Counted from the first letter of the stretch, positions 46,356 to 58,999 are shown. The stretch: DNA of 64,000 nucleotides from Anaeromyxobacteraceae bacterium (GCA_035499295.1 DATJZG010000150.1:8675-72674), one strand, 5' to 3'. A program made the numbers and translations. The notes: generated from the sequence alone by a model not told the origin.

Positions 46356-46559
46356 AGGGATGAGCGCCCGCCGGCCCCGGCGCGCTGCCGGGGCCCGGGC
46401 GGGCGGCGAGGTCGGAGAGCGGCGGCGGGGCGCCGCTCCCGCCCGAGCTGTGGGGAACGGTCGGCGCCCCGCATACGGCCCTCGAAGGGGCTTCGACTTC
46501 GCGTGCGCGAGGTGGTTCGCTTCGCGATCGAGGAGCCACCCGAGAGCCCCGGAGGAACC

Positions 46560-47723
46560 ATGACCCCCGCCCGCGCCGCCCTGGCGGCCCTCTCCGCCCT
46601 CCTCGCCGGGAACGCGCCCAGCGGCGGCGCCGACATCGTGGTGGGCGCCGACCCCGCGAGCTGTCCCGGCGCGACCTACTCGACCGTGCAGGCGGCCGTC
46701 GACGCGGCGCCGCCGGGCGCGTGCATCCGCGTCTGCGCCGGGGTGTACCGGGAGCAGGTATCGATCGGCAAGGCGCTCCGGCTGCAGGGCGACAACGGCG
46801 CGGTCCTCATGCCGGAGGGCATGGTCGCGAACACCACGAGCCTCTTCAACGGGAGCGCCATCGCCGCGGCCGTCCTGGTGGCAGGCGCGGGGCCGGTCAC
46901 CCTCGCGGGGCTCACCGTCGACGGCGCCCAGAACGGGGTCGCCGCCTGCGCGCCGGTGCTCGTGGGGGTGATGTACCGCAACGCCTCCGGGCGGCTCGAC
47001 GAGGTCGTCGTGCGCAACTTCCGCCTCGGCGCCGGTCTCGAGGGCTGCCAGAGCGGCAACGGCGTCCTGGTGCAGAGCGGCGCGGGCGGCTCTTCGTGGG
47101 TGGAGGTGGCCGAGTCGAGCGTGCACGACTACCAGAAGAACGGGATCACCGGGAACGAGGCGGGGACGGAGCTGGCCGTCCGCCGCAGCGTGGTGACCGG
47201 CATCGGCCCCACCTCCGGGGCGGCACAGAACGGGATCCAGATCGGGCCGGGGGCCCGCGGCGAGGTCGAGGGGTGCGCGGTGGCGAACCACCTCTACTCG
47301 GGCTGCGCCTCCACCAGCGCCTGCGCCTTCGTCGCGACCGACATCCTCGTCTCGGGGGCGGCCCTGGCGAAGGTCGCCCGCAACCACGCCGGGGCGAGCC
47401 AGGGGGGCATCTACCTCGCCGCCAGCGGCGCGGCGGTGATCGAGAACGAGGTCTTCGACACCTCCGTCTTCGACGGCATCGTGGTCGACGGCGACGGCAA
47501 CCAGGTCGCCGGGAACACGGTCACCCACAGCGACGACGCCGGGATCTTCGTCGAAGGCGACGGTAATCTCGTCTCGGGCAACCGGATCCGCGAGGCTCCG
47601 GTGGGCATCTGGAAGTTCGCGGGCTCCACGGGAAACGTCCTCGCGAACAACCGTTTCTCGAACACCGCGACGCCGGTCCTCGACCCGCCGGGGGTGCCGC
47701 TCGCGGCCTCTCCCTTCCGCTGA
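46560..47723 (+). CDS. Secreted right-handed parallel beta-helix repeat protein (pectin-lyase-fold/NosD-like)
   Basis: ATG at 46560 after GGAGGAA, with a signal peptide. Repeated units are of the type NGI.I..G....V.GN.V....D.GI.V.G..N.V.GN.I. Confidence 0.7.
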   Translation: MTPARAALAALSALLAGNAPSGGADIVVGADPASCPGATYSTVQAAVDAAPPGACIRVCAGVYREQVSIGKALRLQGDNGAVLMPEGMVANTTSLFNGSAIAAAVLVAGAGPVTLAGLTVDGAQNGVAACAPVLVGVMYRNASGRLDEVVVRNFRLGAGLEGCQSGNGVLVQSGAGGSSWVEVAESSVHDYQKNGITGNEAGTELAVRRSVVTGIGPTSGAAQNGIQIGPGARGEVEGCAVANHLYSGCASTSACAFVATDILVSGAALAKVARNHAGASQGGIYLAASGAAVIENEVFDTSVFDGIVVDGDGNQVAGNTVTHSDDAGIFVEGDGNLVSGNRIREAPVGIWKFAGSTGNVLANNRFSNTATPVLDPPGVPLAASPFR

Positions 47724-47885
47724 CGGCCCCGGAGGGGGGCGGGCGCGCCCGCTCCGCCCCGGCGCGACCCTGCGTGAAGCTCGCGGCCGCCGCGGCCGGG
47801 AGCCGTCCGGAAGGGGGCTCCCCACCGGGTGCGCTTCCGGCCCGGCCGCCCGCGCCTTATGTCGTCGGCGAGAAGGTGGTTCTCC

Positions 47886-49160
47886 ATGGATCCGGTCAGG
47901 ATCGCCGCCGCGCTCTTCGAGAGCCCCTCGCGCGCGTTCGCCGTCTCCCTCTGGGACGGGACGCTCCTCCCGGCTCCGCGAGAGGAGGGGGTCGCCGGTC
48001 GGGTGGTGCTTAGACACCCCCGGGTGCTGGCGGCGTTCCTGCCGCCCTCCGAGCTCCGCCTCTCCGAGTCTTTCCTCGACGGAGACCTCGAGATCGAGGG
48101 GGACGCCATCGGGGTCCTCGAAGCCGCGGGAAGGTGGCAGGGGCCCTCGGGCCGCGCCCGGCTCCTGCCGGCGGCGATCGCCCACCTCGCCAGCAGGGCC
48201 CGGGCCCGGGCCGGGCAGGGCGGCTTCGCGAGGGTTCCCGGCCGCCTGCACTCGCTCTTCCGGGACCGGGCGGCGGTCCAGCACCACTACGACGTCTCCG
48301 ACGAGTTCTACCGGCTCTTCCTCGACGCGGGGATGGTCTACTCCTGCGCCTTCTTCTCCCGGGAGGGGGCGACGCTCGAGGAGGCGCAGCGGGCCAAGCT
48401 CGAGCTCGTGTGCCGGAAGCTCTCCCTCGCTCCCGGGGAAAGGCTCCTCGACGTGGGCTGCGGCTGGGGGGCGCTCGTCGAGCACGCCGCCGCCCGCCAC
48501 GGGGCGCGCGCGACCGGGATCACCCTGTCGGAGCACCAGGCCGAGGCGGCCCGCGCCCGCCTCGAGGCCCTGCCCGCCGAGAAGCGCCCGACCGTGCTCC
48601 TCGCCGACTACCGCGCCCTCGCGCCGGAGGCGCCCTTCGAGAAGGTGGCGAGCGTCGGCATGATGGAGCACGTCGGCCGCGAGCGGCTCGACGACTACTT
48701 CGCCGCCGTCCACCGCCTCCTCGCCCCGGGCGGCCTCTTCCTGAACCACGCCATCGCCGACGGCGGGGGAGTCCACACCCTCCCCTGGGCCCGGCGCAGC
48801 GGCGGAGGCTTCATCGACCGCTACATCTTCCCGGACAGCGACCTCGTCCCGGTGCCGCTCGTGGTGGCGGCGGCGGCGCGGGCGGGCTTCGAGGTGCGGG
48901 ACCTCGAGTCGCTCCGCGAGCACTACGCCTCGACCCTCCACTCCTGGCTCGCCCGGCTGGAGGCGCGCTTCGAGGAGGCGGCGGCGCTGGTGGGGCGGCG
49001 CCGCGCCCGCGCCTACCGGCTCTACCTCGCCTCCTCGGCGGCCGCCTTCCGGCTCGGCCGCATCACCGTGTTCCAGCTGCTCCTCGCGAAGCGTCCGCCG
49101 AGCGGCCGGCTCGAGGGCCTGCCCCGGAACCGCGGCGCCTGGTACCCGGCGGCGAGCTAG
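47886..49160 (+). CDS. cfa: Cyclopropane-fatty-acyl-phospholipid synthase family methyltransferase
   Basis: HYDVSDEFYRLFLD..M.YSCAFF, EEAQ.AKLEL.C.KL.L.PGERLLDVGCGWG and SVGM.EHVG are present. The start could be 47859. Confidence 0.85.
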   Translation: MDPVRIAAALFESPSRAFAVSLWDGTLLPAPREEGVAGRVVLRHPRVLAAFLPPSELRLSESFLDGDLEIEGDAIGVLEAAGRWQGPSGRARLLPAAIAHLASRARARAGQGGFARVPGRLHSLFRDRAAVQHHYDVSDEFYRLFLDAGMVYSCAFFSREGATLEEAQRAKLELVCRKLSLAPGERLLDVGCGWGALVEHAAARHGARATGITLSEHQAEAARARLEALPAEKRPTVLLADYRALAPEAPFEKVASVGMMEHVGRERLDDYFAAVHRLLAPGGLFLNHAIADGGGVHTLPWARRSGGGFIDRYIFPDSDLVPVPLVVAAAARAGFEVRDLESLREHYASTLHSWLARLEARFEEAAALVGRRRARAYRLYLASSAAAFRLGRITVFQLLLAKRPPSGRLEGLPRNRGAWYPAAS

Positions 49161-49453
49161 GGTCGGGAGGGAACCCGGCCGGGCGTCGGTGGGCGCACCG
49201 GGAGTGACGGAGGAGGCCCCGGCGGGCCGCCGGGACGCCCCGCGCCGGTCTTCCGTGGCAGGGGTGTCGCCGTCCTTCGCCACCGGTGAAGGGGGCGGCG
49301 CCCCGAGCCCCCCGTCGGAGCTTAAGCAAAGTTTGACTTACGCCGGCAGGGGACCCATCGGGACGGGGGAGCGCTCCTTGAAGCGCGCGGAATCCCTCGT
49401 TAGCGAAGCCCGAGGGAGGGCGGACGCGGAGAAGCATCACCGCAGGTGAAATC

Positions 49454-50536
49454 GTGAAGCAGTGGAAGGAGACCGCCGCCGTCCTCGGCAGGGTCGCCCG
49501 GCTCGCGGACGCCGGCCGGGAGGCGGCGGTCGCGACGGTGGTCCGGATCGTCGGCTCCGCGTACCGGCGCCCGGGGGCGAAGCTCCTCGTCGAGCCCGCG
49601 GGGGAGACGAGCGGCGGCGTGAGCGGCGGGTGCCTGGAGGCCGACGTCCGGGAGGTGGCGCGCGCGGTGGTGCGCGGCGCCAGGCCCAGGCTCCTTCACT
49701 ACGAGACCGCTTCGGCGGACGAGAACCCGTTCGGGCTGGGACTGGGCTGCGGCGGCTCGGTGGACGTCTTCGTGCAGCCCGCCACCACGCCGGAGGCGCT
49801 CGAGTCCGTGCGCCGGGTGCTCGAGCTCCTGCGCGGCGAGAAGCCCTTCGCCGTCTCCACCGTCCTCGAGGGAGAGCGCGCCGGGCGCTCGGTCGTCTTC
49901 GCGGGCGGAGCCATCGAGGGCAGCACCGGGTCAAAGGCCCTCGACTCCGCCCTCCGGGGGGAGGGCGAGGAGAGGCTCCGGGAGCGGCGCTCGGCGCTCC
50001 GACCCATGGAGGGGGTGGAGGTGTTCACCGACGTGTTCGACCCGCCGCCGCGGCTCGCCGTCTTCGGCGCCGGCGACGACGCCGTCCCCCTCGTCGGGTA
50101 CGCCGCCGACGTGGGGTTCCGCGTGACGGTGGTGGACCAAAGGCCCGCGCTCCTCACCGCCGAGAGGTTCCCGGGGGCGACGTCGCTCGCCCTGCGGCGC
50201 CCGGAGGAGGGGCTGGGCTCGCTGCCGCTCGGTCCGCGCGGCTTCGCGGTGGTGAAGAGCCACTCCCTGGCGGCGGACCGGGAGTGGCTCGCCGCCCTCG
50301 TCCGCTGCGATCTCCGCTACATCGGGCTCCTCGGCCCGCGCGAGCGGGTGGAGCGGGTGCTGCGCGAGTCGGGCGCGGCCGGCGACCCACGCATCTACGG
50401 CCCGGTGGGGCTCGACCTCGCCGCCGACGGGGCCGAGCAGGTGGCGGTGAGCGTGGTGGCGGAGCTCCTGGCGGTGCGCGCCGGGCGCGATCAGAGGCAC
50501 CTGCGCGCGCGGGAGGGGCCGATCCATGCCTCCTGA
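49454..50536 (+). CDS. XdhC/CoxF-family molybdoenzyme maturation protein
   Basis: ATVVRIVGSAYRRPGAKLLV...GGVSGGCLE, then the Rossmann-like LAVFGAGDDAVPL. GTG start. Confidence 0.8.
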   Translation: MKQWKETAAVLGRVARLADAGREAAVATVVRIVGSAYRRPGAKLLVEPAGETSGGVSGGCLEADVREVARAVVRGARPRLLHYETASADENPFGLGLGCGGSVDVFVQPATTPEALESVRRVLELLRGEKPFAVSTVLEGERAGRSVVFAGGAIEGSTGSKALDSALRGEGEERLRERRSALRPMEGVEVFTDVFDPPPRLAVFGAGDDAVPLVGYAADVGFRVTVVDQRPALLTAERFPGATSLALRRPEEGLGSLPLGPRGFAVVKSHSLAADREWLAALVRCDLRYIGLLGPRERVERVLRESGAAGDPRIYGPVGLDLAADGAEQVAVSVVAELLAVRAGRDQRHLRAREGPIHAS

Positions 50537-51137
50537 GCGGAAGGGACCGGTCGCCGCCGTGGTGCTCGCCGCGGGCTCCTCCGCCCGCATGGGGGAGAAC
50601 AAGATGCTGCTCTCGCTCGGGGGGGAGAGCGTCCTGCGGCGCGCCGTGCGCCGGGCCGGCGCCGCCGGCCTCGCGCCGGTAGTGGTGGTGCTCGGCCACG
50701 AGGCGGACCGGGCCCGGAGCGACCTCGGCGGGCTCCCGTGCCGACCCGTCGTGAACCCCCGCCACGAGCGGGGCATGAACGGCTCGATCGGGATCGGCTT
50801 CGCCGCCGTCCCCCCCGAGTCCGCGGCCGCGGTGATGCTGCTCGCGGACATGCCGCTCGTCACCCCCTCCATGATCGAGGCGGTGGTCGATCGCTACCGG
50901 AGCGGTACCGCTCCCGTCGTGGTCTCCCTGTTCGGCGAGGTGGTGGCGCCCCCCATGCTCTACGACCGCTCGCTCTTCCCCGAGCTCGCGCTCCTCGAGG
51001 GGGACGGCTGCGGGAAGCGGGTCTACAAGCGCCACCGCGACGAGGCCCTGACGGTGGCGCAACCGGCGAGCGCGCTCTGGGACCTCGACCGGCCGGAGGA
51101 CTACCGGCGCCTGCGGGCGCTCATCGAGGCGGGGTGA
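50526..51137 (+). CDS. mocA: MobA-like NTP transferase (molybdenum cofactor cytidylyltransferase MocA-like)
   Basis: AAVVLAAGSSARMG.NK.LL and LLADMPLV are present. It overlaps the upstream gene by 11 nt. Confidence 0.8.
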   Translation: MPPERKGPVAAVVLAAGSSARMGENKMLLSLGGESVLRRAVRRAGAAGLAPVVVVLGHEADRARSDLGGLPCRPVVNPRHERGMNGSIGIGFAAVPPESAAAVMLLADMPLVTPSMIEAVVDRYRSGTAPVVVSLFGEVVAPPMLYDRSLFPELALLEGDGCGKRVYKRHRDEALTVAQPASALWDLDRPEDYRRLRALIEAG

Positions 51138-51141
51138 CGAG

Positions 51142-52131
51142 ATGGACCGGACCGAGCTCCTCCAGATCGCAGCCGACCTCGCCGCCCGGGGAGAGCCGTT
51201 CGTGCGGGCGGTGGTGGTGCGGCGCGAGTCCTCGAGCTCGGCCCTGCCGGGCGACGCGGCGCTCGTCACCGCCGAGGGCGAGTTCCACGGCTGGCTGGGC
51301 GGCAGCTGCACCCGGCCCACCGTGATCCGGGAGGCGCGGGAGGTGCTCGCGGACGGGAAGCCCCGGCTCCTCTCCCTCACCCCCGACCCGGACGCGGAGG
51401 CGCGCCCCGGCGTCCTCGCCCGGCCCATGGCCTGCCACAGCGGGGGGACGGTCGACATCTTCCTCGAGCCGGTGCTGCCGGCGCCGCGCCTGGTGGTGTT
51501 CGGGCAGGCGCCGGTGTCGAAGGCGCTCTGCCGGCTGGGGAAGGCCATGGCCTACGCGGTGGACGTGGTCGAGCCCGGCGCCGACCCGGCCGCCTTCCCG
51601 GGGGCCGACCGGATCGTCCCCGCGCTTCCTCCCCCGGAGCCGGGCCGCCGGCGCCCCCGGGAGATCCTCGCGGTGGTGGCCACCATGGGGGAGCGCGACG
51701 AGGAGGCGCTCGCCGAGGCGCTCCCGCACGCGCCCGTATACCTGGGGGTGATCGCGAGCCGGAAGCGCTTCGCCCAGATGAGGGAGGCGCTCGCCGCCCG
51801 CGGGCACCCGGCCGCGGCGCTCGCCCAGGTGAAGAACCCGGCCGGGCTGGAGATCGGGGCGCGCACGCCCGAGGAGATCGCGCTCAGCGTGCTCGCGGAG
51901 ATCGTGAAGGTGCGCCGCGCCGCCAAGGTCGCCGCCGGCGCCGCCGAGCGGCGCGCCGAGGAGTCGGCCATCGACCCGGTGTGCGGCATGACGGTGCCGG
52001 TGGCCGGGGCGAGGCACCGGGCCGAGCACCTGGGCCGGAGCTACTTCTTCTGCCGCGCCGGGTGCCGGGAGCGCTTCCTCGCCGACCCGGAGAGGTACCT
52101 GGCCGGCGCCCACGCGGGGGCGGTCTCGTGA
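51142..52131 (+). CDS. XdhC/CoxF-like protein fused to a C-terminal YHS/TRASH metal-binding domain
   Basis: The XdhC N-domain has VRAVVVRRESSS..PGD.ALV...G...GWLGGSC, followed by the Rossmann part LVVFGQAPVS. The C-terminus, DPVCGMTV.......H.....SYFFC...C..RF..DP, is a YHS-type motif. Confidence 0.8.
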   Translation: MDRTELLQIAADLAARGEPFVRAVVVRRESSSSALPGDAALVTAEGEFHGWLGGSCTRPTVIREAREVLADGKPRLLSLTPDPDAEARPGVLARPMACHSGGTVDIFLEPVLPAPRLVVFGQAPVSKALCRLGKAMAYAVDVVEPGADPAAFPGADRIVPALPPPEPGRRRPREILAVVATMGERDEEALAEALPHAPVYLGVIASRKRFAQMREALAARGHPAAALAQVKNPAGLEIGARTPEEIALSVLAEIVKVRRAAKVAAGAAERRAEESAIDPVCGMTVPVAGARHRAEHLGRSYFFCRAGCRERFLADPERYLAGAHAGAVS

Positions 52132-53012
52132 GCCCGGAGATCCGCGCGCTGGCGGAGTCGCTCGAGGGCGCCGGGTACGTGACCGACGCGCCCGTCGCCA
52201 CGGCGCTCTTCCTCGCCACCGCCCTCGCCAAGCCGCTCCTCATCGAGGGCGAGGCGGGCGTCGGCAAGACCGAGACCGCCAAGGCGCTCGCGCGCGTGCT
52301 CTCGACCGAGCTCATCCGCCTGCAGTGCTACGAGGGGCTCGACGCCGCCACCGCCCTCTACGAGTGGAACTACCCGCGCCAGCTCCTGCACGCGCGCATC
52401 TTCGAGGGGCGTGGCGAGGACCCGGCCGCCACCGAGGCGGCCATCTTCGGCCGGGAGTACCTCCTCGAGCGGCCGCTCCTGCGGGCCATCACCCGGGAGG
52501 ACCGCTCCCCGGTGCTGCTCGTGGACGAGATCGACCGCGCGGACGACGGCTTCGAGGCCTTCCTCCTCGAGCTCCTCTCCGACTTCCAGGTGACCATCCC
52601 GGAGCTCGGCACCATCCGGGCGCGCCACCTGCCCTTCGTGGTGCTCACCTCGAACCGCACCCGCGAGATCGGCGACGCCCTGCGGCGCCGCTGCCTCTAC
52701 CTGTACCTCGAGCACCCGGACCTGGAGAAGGAGGTCCGGATCATCCGGCGGCAGGTGCCGGAGGCGAGCGCCGAGCTCGCCTCCGAGATCGGCGCCTTCA
52801 TGCAGGCGGCCCGGCGGCGGCGCCTCTCGAAGCTGCCGGGGGTGGCGGAGACCATCGACTGGGCCCGGGCGCTGGTGCGGCTCGGGGTGGCCCACCTCGA
52901 CCTCGACACGGCCCAAGCCACCCTGGGCGCCATCCTCAAGGACCCGCGCGATCTGAAGGAGCTCGCCCGGGGCGAGCTCGCGGCGATGCTCCCGGGCGAG
53001 GCCCTCCAGTGA
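52128..53012 (+). CDS. coxD: MoxR-type AAA+ ATPase (CoxD-like)
   Basis: The GTG at 52128 overlaps the upstream stop (GTGA). Walker A is IEGEAGVGKTE, Walker B is LLVDEIDRA, and TSNRTRE is present. Confidence 0.85.
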   Translation: MSPEIRALAESLEGAGYVTDAPVATALFLATALAKPLLIEGEAGVGKTETAKALARVLSTELIRLQCYEGLDAATALYEWNYPRQLLHARIFEGRGEDPAATEAAIFGREYLLERPLLRAITREDRSPVLLVDEIDRADDGFEAFLLELLSDFQVTIPELGTIRARHLPFVVLTSNRTREIGDALRRRCLYLYLEHPDLEKEVRIIRRQVPEASAELASEIGAFMQAARRRRLSKLPGVAETIDWARALVRLGVAHLDLDTAQATLGAILKDPRDLKELARGELAAMLPGEALQ

Positions 53013-54115
53013 GGCCCGACCTCTCCCTCCGGGTGGCGCGCCTGGGGCGGTTCCTCCGCCGGGAGGGGCTGCCGGTGGCGCTCTCCGACGAGATCGACGC
53101 CGGCCGCGCGCTCGCGCTCCTGCCGGGCTCCGACCGGGAGGAGCTCCGCCTCGTGCTGCGGAGCGCGCTCCGCATCCGCCGCGAGGACTGGGAGAGGTTC
53201 GACGCGCTCCTGGAGGCCTTCCTCTCCGAGCGGGCGCGCCGGAGGCGGCGCGTGGCCCGCCCGGCCGGCCGCGGCGCCGCGCTCGGCCGGGGGCGGGCGG
53301 ACACCGCTCCCGAGGGCGCGGGCGGGGCCGATCGCCCCGCCAGCGGTGCGCCCGCCTACAGCCCGGTCGCCCTCCTCGTGAAGGGCGCCCCGAGGGACTG
53401 CTCGGAGCGCGAGCTCGGCGAGATGGAGCGCGTCCTCTCCCGGCTCGCAAGGCGCCTGGCGCGTCGCCGCAGCCGCAGGCTCGTCCCCACCCGCGGCCCG
53501 GGGAGGCCCGACCCGAGGCGGAGCCTAAGGCACGCCCTCGCGAGCGGCGGCGAGCTCGTCGCCTTCGCGCGCCGGACCCGGGCGAGGGACGAACCCCGCC
53601 TCGTCTTCCTCTGCGACACGAGCGGCTCCATGGACGCCCACGCCCGCTTCCTCCTCGCCTTCGCCGTCGCCCTGCGCAGGGTGGCGAGGGCCACCGAGGT
53701 GTTCGCCTTCAACACCTCGCTCGTGCGCATCACCCCCTCGCTCGGCCGCGCTCCCCTCGCCGCCACGCTGGAGCGCGTCCGGGAGGCGGTGCCCGGCTGG
53801 TCGGGGGGGACCCGCATCGGGGCCTCGCTTTCGGAGTTCGTCGCCGGCCACCTCCAGGGCCGGGTGGGCGCCCGCACGGTGGTGGTGATCCTGAGCGACG
53901 GCCTCGATCGCGGCGATCCCCGGGCGCTCGCCTCGGCCATGTCCGCCATCCGCGAGCGCGCCGGCAAGGTGGTGTGGCTGAACCCGCTCCTCTCCGACCC
54001 CCGCTACCAGCCGACGGCGCGCGGGATGGCGGCGGCCCTCCCCTACGTCCACGACTTCCTCCCCGCCCACGACCTCGCCTCCCTCGAGAGGCTCCTGCCG
54101 AGGCTCGCCGCCTAG
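53009..54115 (+). CDS. coxE: VWA-domain protein (CoxE-like)
   Basis: The GTG at 53009 overlaps the coxD stop (GTGA). The MIDAS motif is LCDTSGSMD. Also present are GGTRIG, VVVILSDG and WLNPL. Confidence 0.8.
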   Translation: MRPDLSLRVARLGRFLRREGLPVALSDEIDAGRALALLPGSDREELRLVLRSALRIRREDWERFDALLEAFLSERARRRRRVARPAGRGAALGRGRADTAPEGAGGADRPASGAPAYSPVALLVKGAPRDCSERELGEMERVLSRLARRLARRRSRRLVPTRGPGRPDPRRSLRHALASGGELVAFARRTRARDEPRLVFLCDTSGSMDAHARFLLAFAVALRRVARATEVFAFNTSLVRITPSLGRAPLAATLERVREAVPGWSGGTRIGASLSEFVAGHLQGRVGARTVVVILSDGLDRGDPRALASAMSAIRERAGKVVWLNPLLSDPRYQPTARGMAAALPYVHDFLPAHDLASLERLLPRLAA

Positions 54116-54122
54116 GAAGACC

Positions 54123-54773
54123 ATGTCCCTCCGGATCGACAAGCGCTTCGTCGTCAAGGCTCCCGCCCCCGCGGTGTGGGCATTCCTCATCGACCCCTAC
54201 CGGGTGGCGCGGGCGCTCCCGGGGGCGGCGGTGACCGGGAAGGTGGACGAGCAGACCTACGAGGGCACCGAGGTGGTGAAGGTCGGCCCGGTCACCGCCA
54301 GCTACCGGGGGACGATGAAGTTCGAGCGGCTCGACCCGGCCAGCCGTTCCGCCCAGATCGTCGCCACCGGCCAGGACGTGAAGGGCAAGGGGGGCGCGAG
54401 CATGCGGCTCGAGAGCCGCGTGGTCGAGGTCGGGCCGGGGGAGACCGAGGTGGTGGCCTCCGCCGAGGTGAACGTGACGGGGGCGCTGGCGCAGTTCGGC
54501 CGCGGCCTCATCCAGGACGTCGGCGAGCAGATCTTCGAGAAGTTCACCCAGTCGGTCCGCGCCGAGCTCGAGGGAGCGGCGCGCCAGGACGGCGCCCGGG
54601 ACGCCGCGGCTCCGGCCGCCCCCGCGGCCCCCGTCCCGGTGGACGTGGTGGCGCTCGGGGCGGGCGCGGCGGCGCGCGCCGCCGGCCGGGCGGTGCGGCG
54701 CCCCGGCTTCTGGGCGGCCGTGGCGGTGGTGGTGCTGGTGGCGCTCTGGCTCTTGCTGCGGGCGCGACCGTGA
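54123..54773 (+). CDS. coxG: SRPBCC-fold CO dehydrogenase subunit G (CoxG-like) with a C-terminal membrane anchor
   Basis: It has a ..F.V.AP...VW.FL.DP..VA.C.PGA-type N-terminus, ASYRGTMKFE and VTGALAQFG.GLI. The hydrophobic tail is FWAAVAVVVLVALWLLL. Confidence 0.75.
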   Translation: MSLRIDKRFVVKAPAPAVWAFLIDPYRVARALPGAAVTGKVDEQTYEGTEVVKVGPVTASYRGTMKFERLDPASRSAQIVATGQDVKGKGGASMRLESRVVEVGPGETEVVASAEVNVTGALAQFGRGLIQDVGEQIFEKFTQSVRAELEGAARQDGARDAAAPAAPAAPVPVDVVALGAGAAARAAGRAVRRPGFWAAVAVVVLVALWLLLRARP

Positions 54774-54798
54774 CAGCGAGAAAGGGAAGGTGAACCCC

Positions 54799-55671
54799 AT
54801 GATCCCCGCTTCCTTCGACTACCAGGCGCCTTCGACCCTGGCCGACGCGCTCCGGCTCCTCGACCAGAACCGCGAGGGGGCGAAGGTGCTCTCCGGGGGG
54901 CAGAGCCTGCTCCCGCTCCTCAAGCTCCGGCTCGGCCAGGTGGAGATGCTCGTCGACATCGGGAAGGTCCCCGGCCTCGACTACATCCGCGAGGAGGGGG
55001 GCACGCTCCGGATCGGGGGGCGCACCCGCGAGGTCGAGCTGGAGCGCTCGGAGCTCTTGCGCTCGCGCTACCCGGCCCTCTCCGACACCGCCAGCGTGAT
55101 CGCCGACCCGCTGGTGAGGAACCTCGCCACCATCGGCGGGAACCTCGCCCACGGCGACCCGGCCAACGACCACCCGGCCACCATGATGGCGCTCGGGGCC
55201 CGGGTCGTCGCCACCGGCCCGAAGGGGCAGCGGGAGATCGCCATCGACGAATTCTTCCGGGGGCTCTTCTCGACCGCCCTCGAGCCCAGCGAGATCCTGA
55301 CCGAGATCCGGATCCCGGCACCGCCCCCCCGGAGCGGCGGAGCCTACGTGAAGCTCGAGCGCAAGGTGGGCGACTTCGCCACCGCCGCGGCCGCGGTGCA
55401 GCTCACCCTGGGCGCCGGGGGAGCGGTGGAGCGGGCCGGCATCGCCCTCACCAACGCCGGCCCCACCCCGGTGCGGGCGCGCGAGGCGGAGAAGTACCTC
55501 GTCGGGAAGAAGCTCGACGAGAAGACCCTCGCCGAGGCCGCGCGGCTCGCGGCCTCGGCGGCGAGGCCGAGCGCCGATCGCCGGGGCTCTGTCGAGTACA
55601 AGCGCGAGATGGCCCGGGTCCTCGCGGCCCGCGCCCTCGAGAAGGCCGCCCGCCGGGCGGAGGGACGGTAG
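54799..55671 (+). CDS. coxM: CO dehydrogenase / xanthine dehydrogenase-family FAD-binding medium subunit
   Basis: [16 protein letters not shown]......K.L.GGQSL.P.LK.R and [17 protein letters not shown] are present. The GTG at 54790 is an alternative start. Confidence 0.85.
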   Translation: MIPASFDYQAPSTLADALRLLDQNREGAKVLSGGQSLLPLLKLRLGQVEMLVDIGKVPGLDYIREEGGTLRIGGRTREVELERSELLRSRYPALSDTASVIADPLVRNLATIGGNLAHGDPANDHPATMMALGARVVATGPKGQREIAIDEFFRGLFSTALEPSEILTEIRIPAPPPRSGGAYVKLERKVGDFATAAAAVQLTLGAGGAVERAGIALTNAGPTPVRAREAEKYLVGKKLDEKTLAEAARLAASAARPSADRRGSVEYKREMARVLAARALEKAARRAEGR

Positions 55672-55673
55672 CC

Positions 55674-56144
55674 ATGGCCCAGCACCAGATCCGCGTCACC
55701 GTGAACGGCTCCCCGCACGAGGCCCGGGTGGAGAGCCGCCTGCTGCTCGTCCACCTCTTGCGCGAGGTCCTCCGCCTCACCGGCACCCACATCGGCTGCG
55801 ACACCACCCACTGCGGCGCCTGCACCGTGCTGCTCGACGGCGAGCCGGTGAAGAGCTGCACCGTCCTGGCGGTGCAGGCCGACGGGCGGGAGGTCACGAC
55901 CGTCGAGGGCCTGGAGAAGGACGGGAAGCTCCACCCCGTGCAGGAGGGCTTCTGGCAGATGCACGGCCTGCAGTGCGGCTACTGCACGCCGGGGATGATG
56001 ATGACGAGCTACGCGCTGCTTCAGCGGAACCGCAACCCGACCGAGGAGCAGATCCGCGAGGCCATCTCCGGGAACCTGTGCCGCTGCACCGGCTACGTGA
56101 ACATCGTGAAGTCCGTGCAGTACGCGGCCGAGAAGCTGCGCTAG
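55674..56144 (+). CDS. coxS: CO dehydrogenase-family [2Fe-2S] small subunit
   Basis: [15 protein letters not shown] and QCGYCTPGM...C.....GNLCRCTGY are present. Confidence 0.9.
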   Translation: MAQHQIRVTVNGSPHEARVESRLLLVHLLREVLRLTGTHIGCDTTHCGACTVLLDGEPVKSCTVLAVQADGREVTTVEGLEKDGKLHPVQEGFWQMHGLQCGYCTPGMMMTSYALLQRNRNPTEEQIREAISGNLCRCTGYVNIVKSVQYAAEKLR

Positions 56145-56153
56145 GAGGCGACC

Positions 56154-58520
<2,367 letters not shown>

Positions 58521-58529
58521 CCTCCGGGG

Positions 58530-58952
58530 CTACCCCTTCTTCCCGCCCTGGATGACGCCGAAGCGCGGCCGCTTGCGCTCCGGCGGGCGGAGCTCGCCCG
58601 CCACCACCGACGGCCAGGGGAAGGCGCAGTCGACCCGCGTGCCGCGGAAGGTGAGGTTGCAGCGGATGCCCCACTCGTCGAGCGAGAGGTGCGGCGTGTC
58701 GCGCCCGGCGACGAGGTTGAGCCGGACGAGCTCCTCCCCGCGCAGGAACTCGGGGAGCTCCACCCCCGGCACGGCCGGCGCGACCAGCACCCACTCGACG
58801 GCGGAGGCCTTGCGGCAGGCGTCGAGCATCTCCGGGTGGCGCCCCTCGAGCGCGAGCGCGTGGAGGGCCTCGCCGCCCCAGCGCGGGCACTCGGGGGTGC
58901 AGGCCTCCTCGGGGGGATGGGCGTGGGGGGCGTCCACGGCCGCCTTGTACAA
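58530..58952 (-). CDS. SspB-like (ClpXP adaptor family) protein
   Basis: VELPEFLRGEELVRLNLVAGRDTPHLSLDEWGIRCNLTFRGTRVDCAFPWPSVVA parallels the E. coli SspB core (VQVP.EY..DG.IVLNIS..AV..L.L....V.F.ARF.G....V.VP..AV.A). The basic C-terminal tail RPRFGVIQGGKKG resembles a ClpX-binding tail. It starts 48 nt after the TIR gene stop. Confidence 0.5.
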   Translation of the reverse strand: MYKAAVDAPHAHPPEEACTPECPRWGGEALHALALEGRHPEMLDACRKASAVEWVLVAPAVPGVELPEFLRGEELVRLNLVAGRDTPHLSLDEWGIRCNLTFRGTRVDCAFPWPSVVAGELRPPERKRPRFGVIQGGKKG

Positions 58953-58999
58953 CGAAAGCGCCTCCCCGGGCAGCGGGGGAGGGCGGCGGCCGAGGGCGG

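Noticed and set aside
49161-49453. TTGACT box at about 49335 in the intergenic region upstream of the cox accessory genes, as a sigma70 promoter
   Set aside because: No acceptable -10 hexamer lies 16-18 nt downstream (it reads CATCGG). I cannot support a promoter call.
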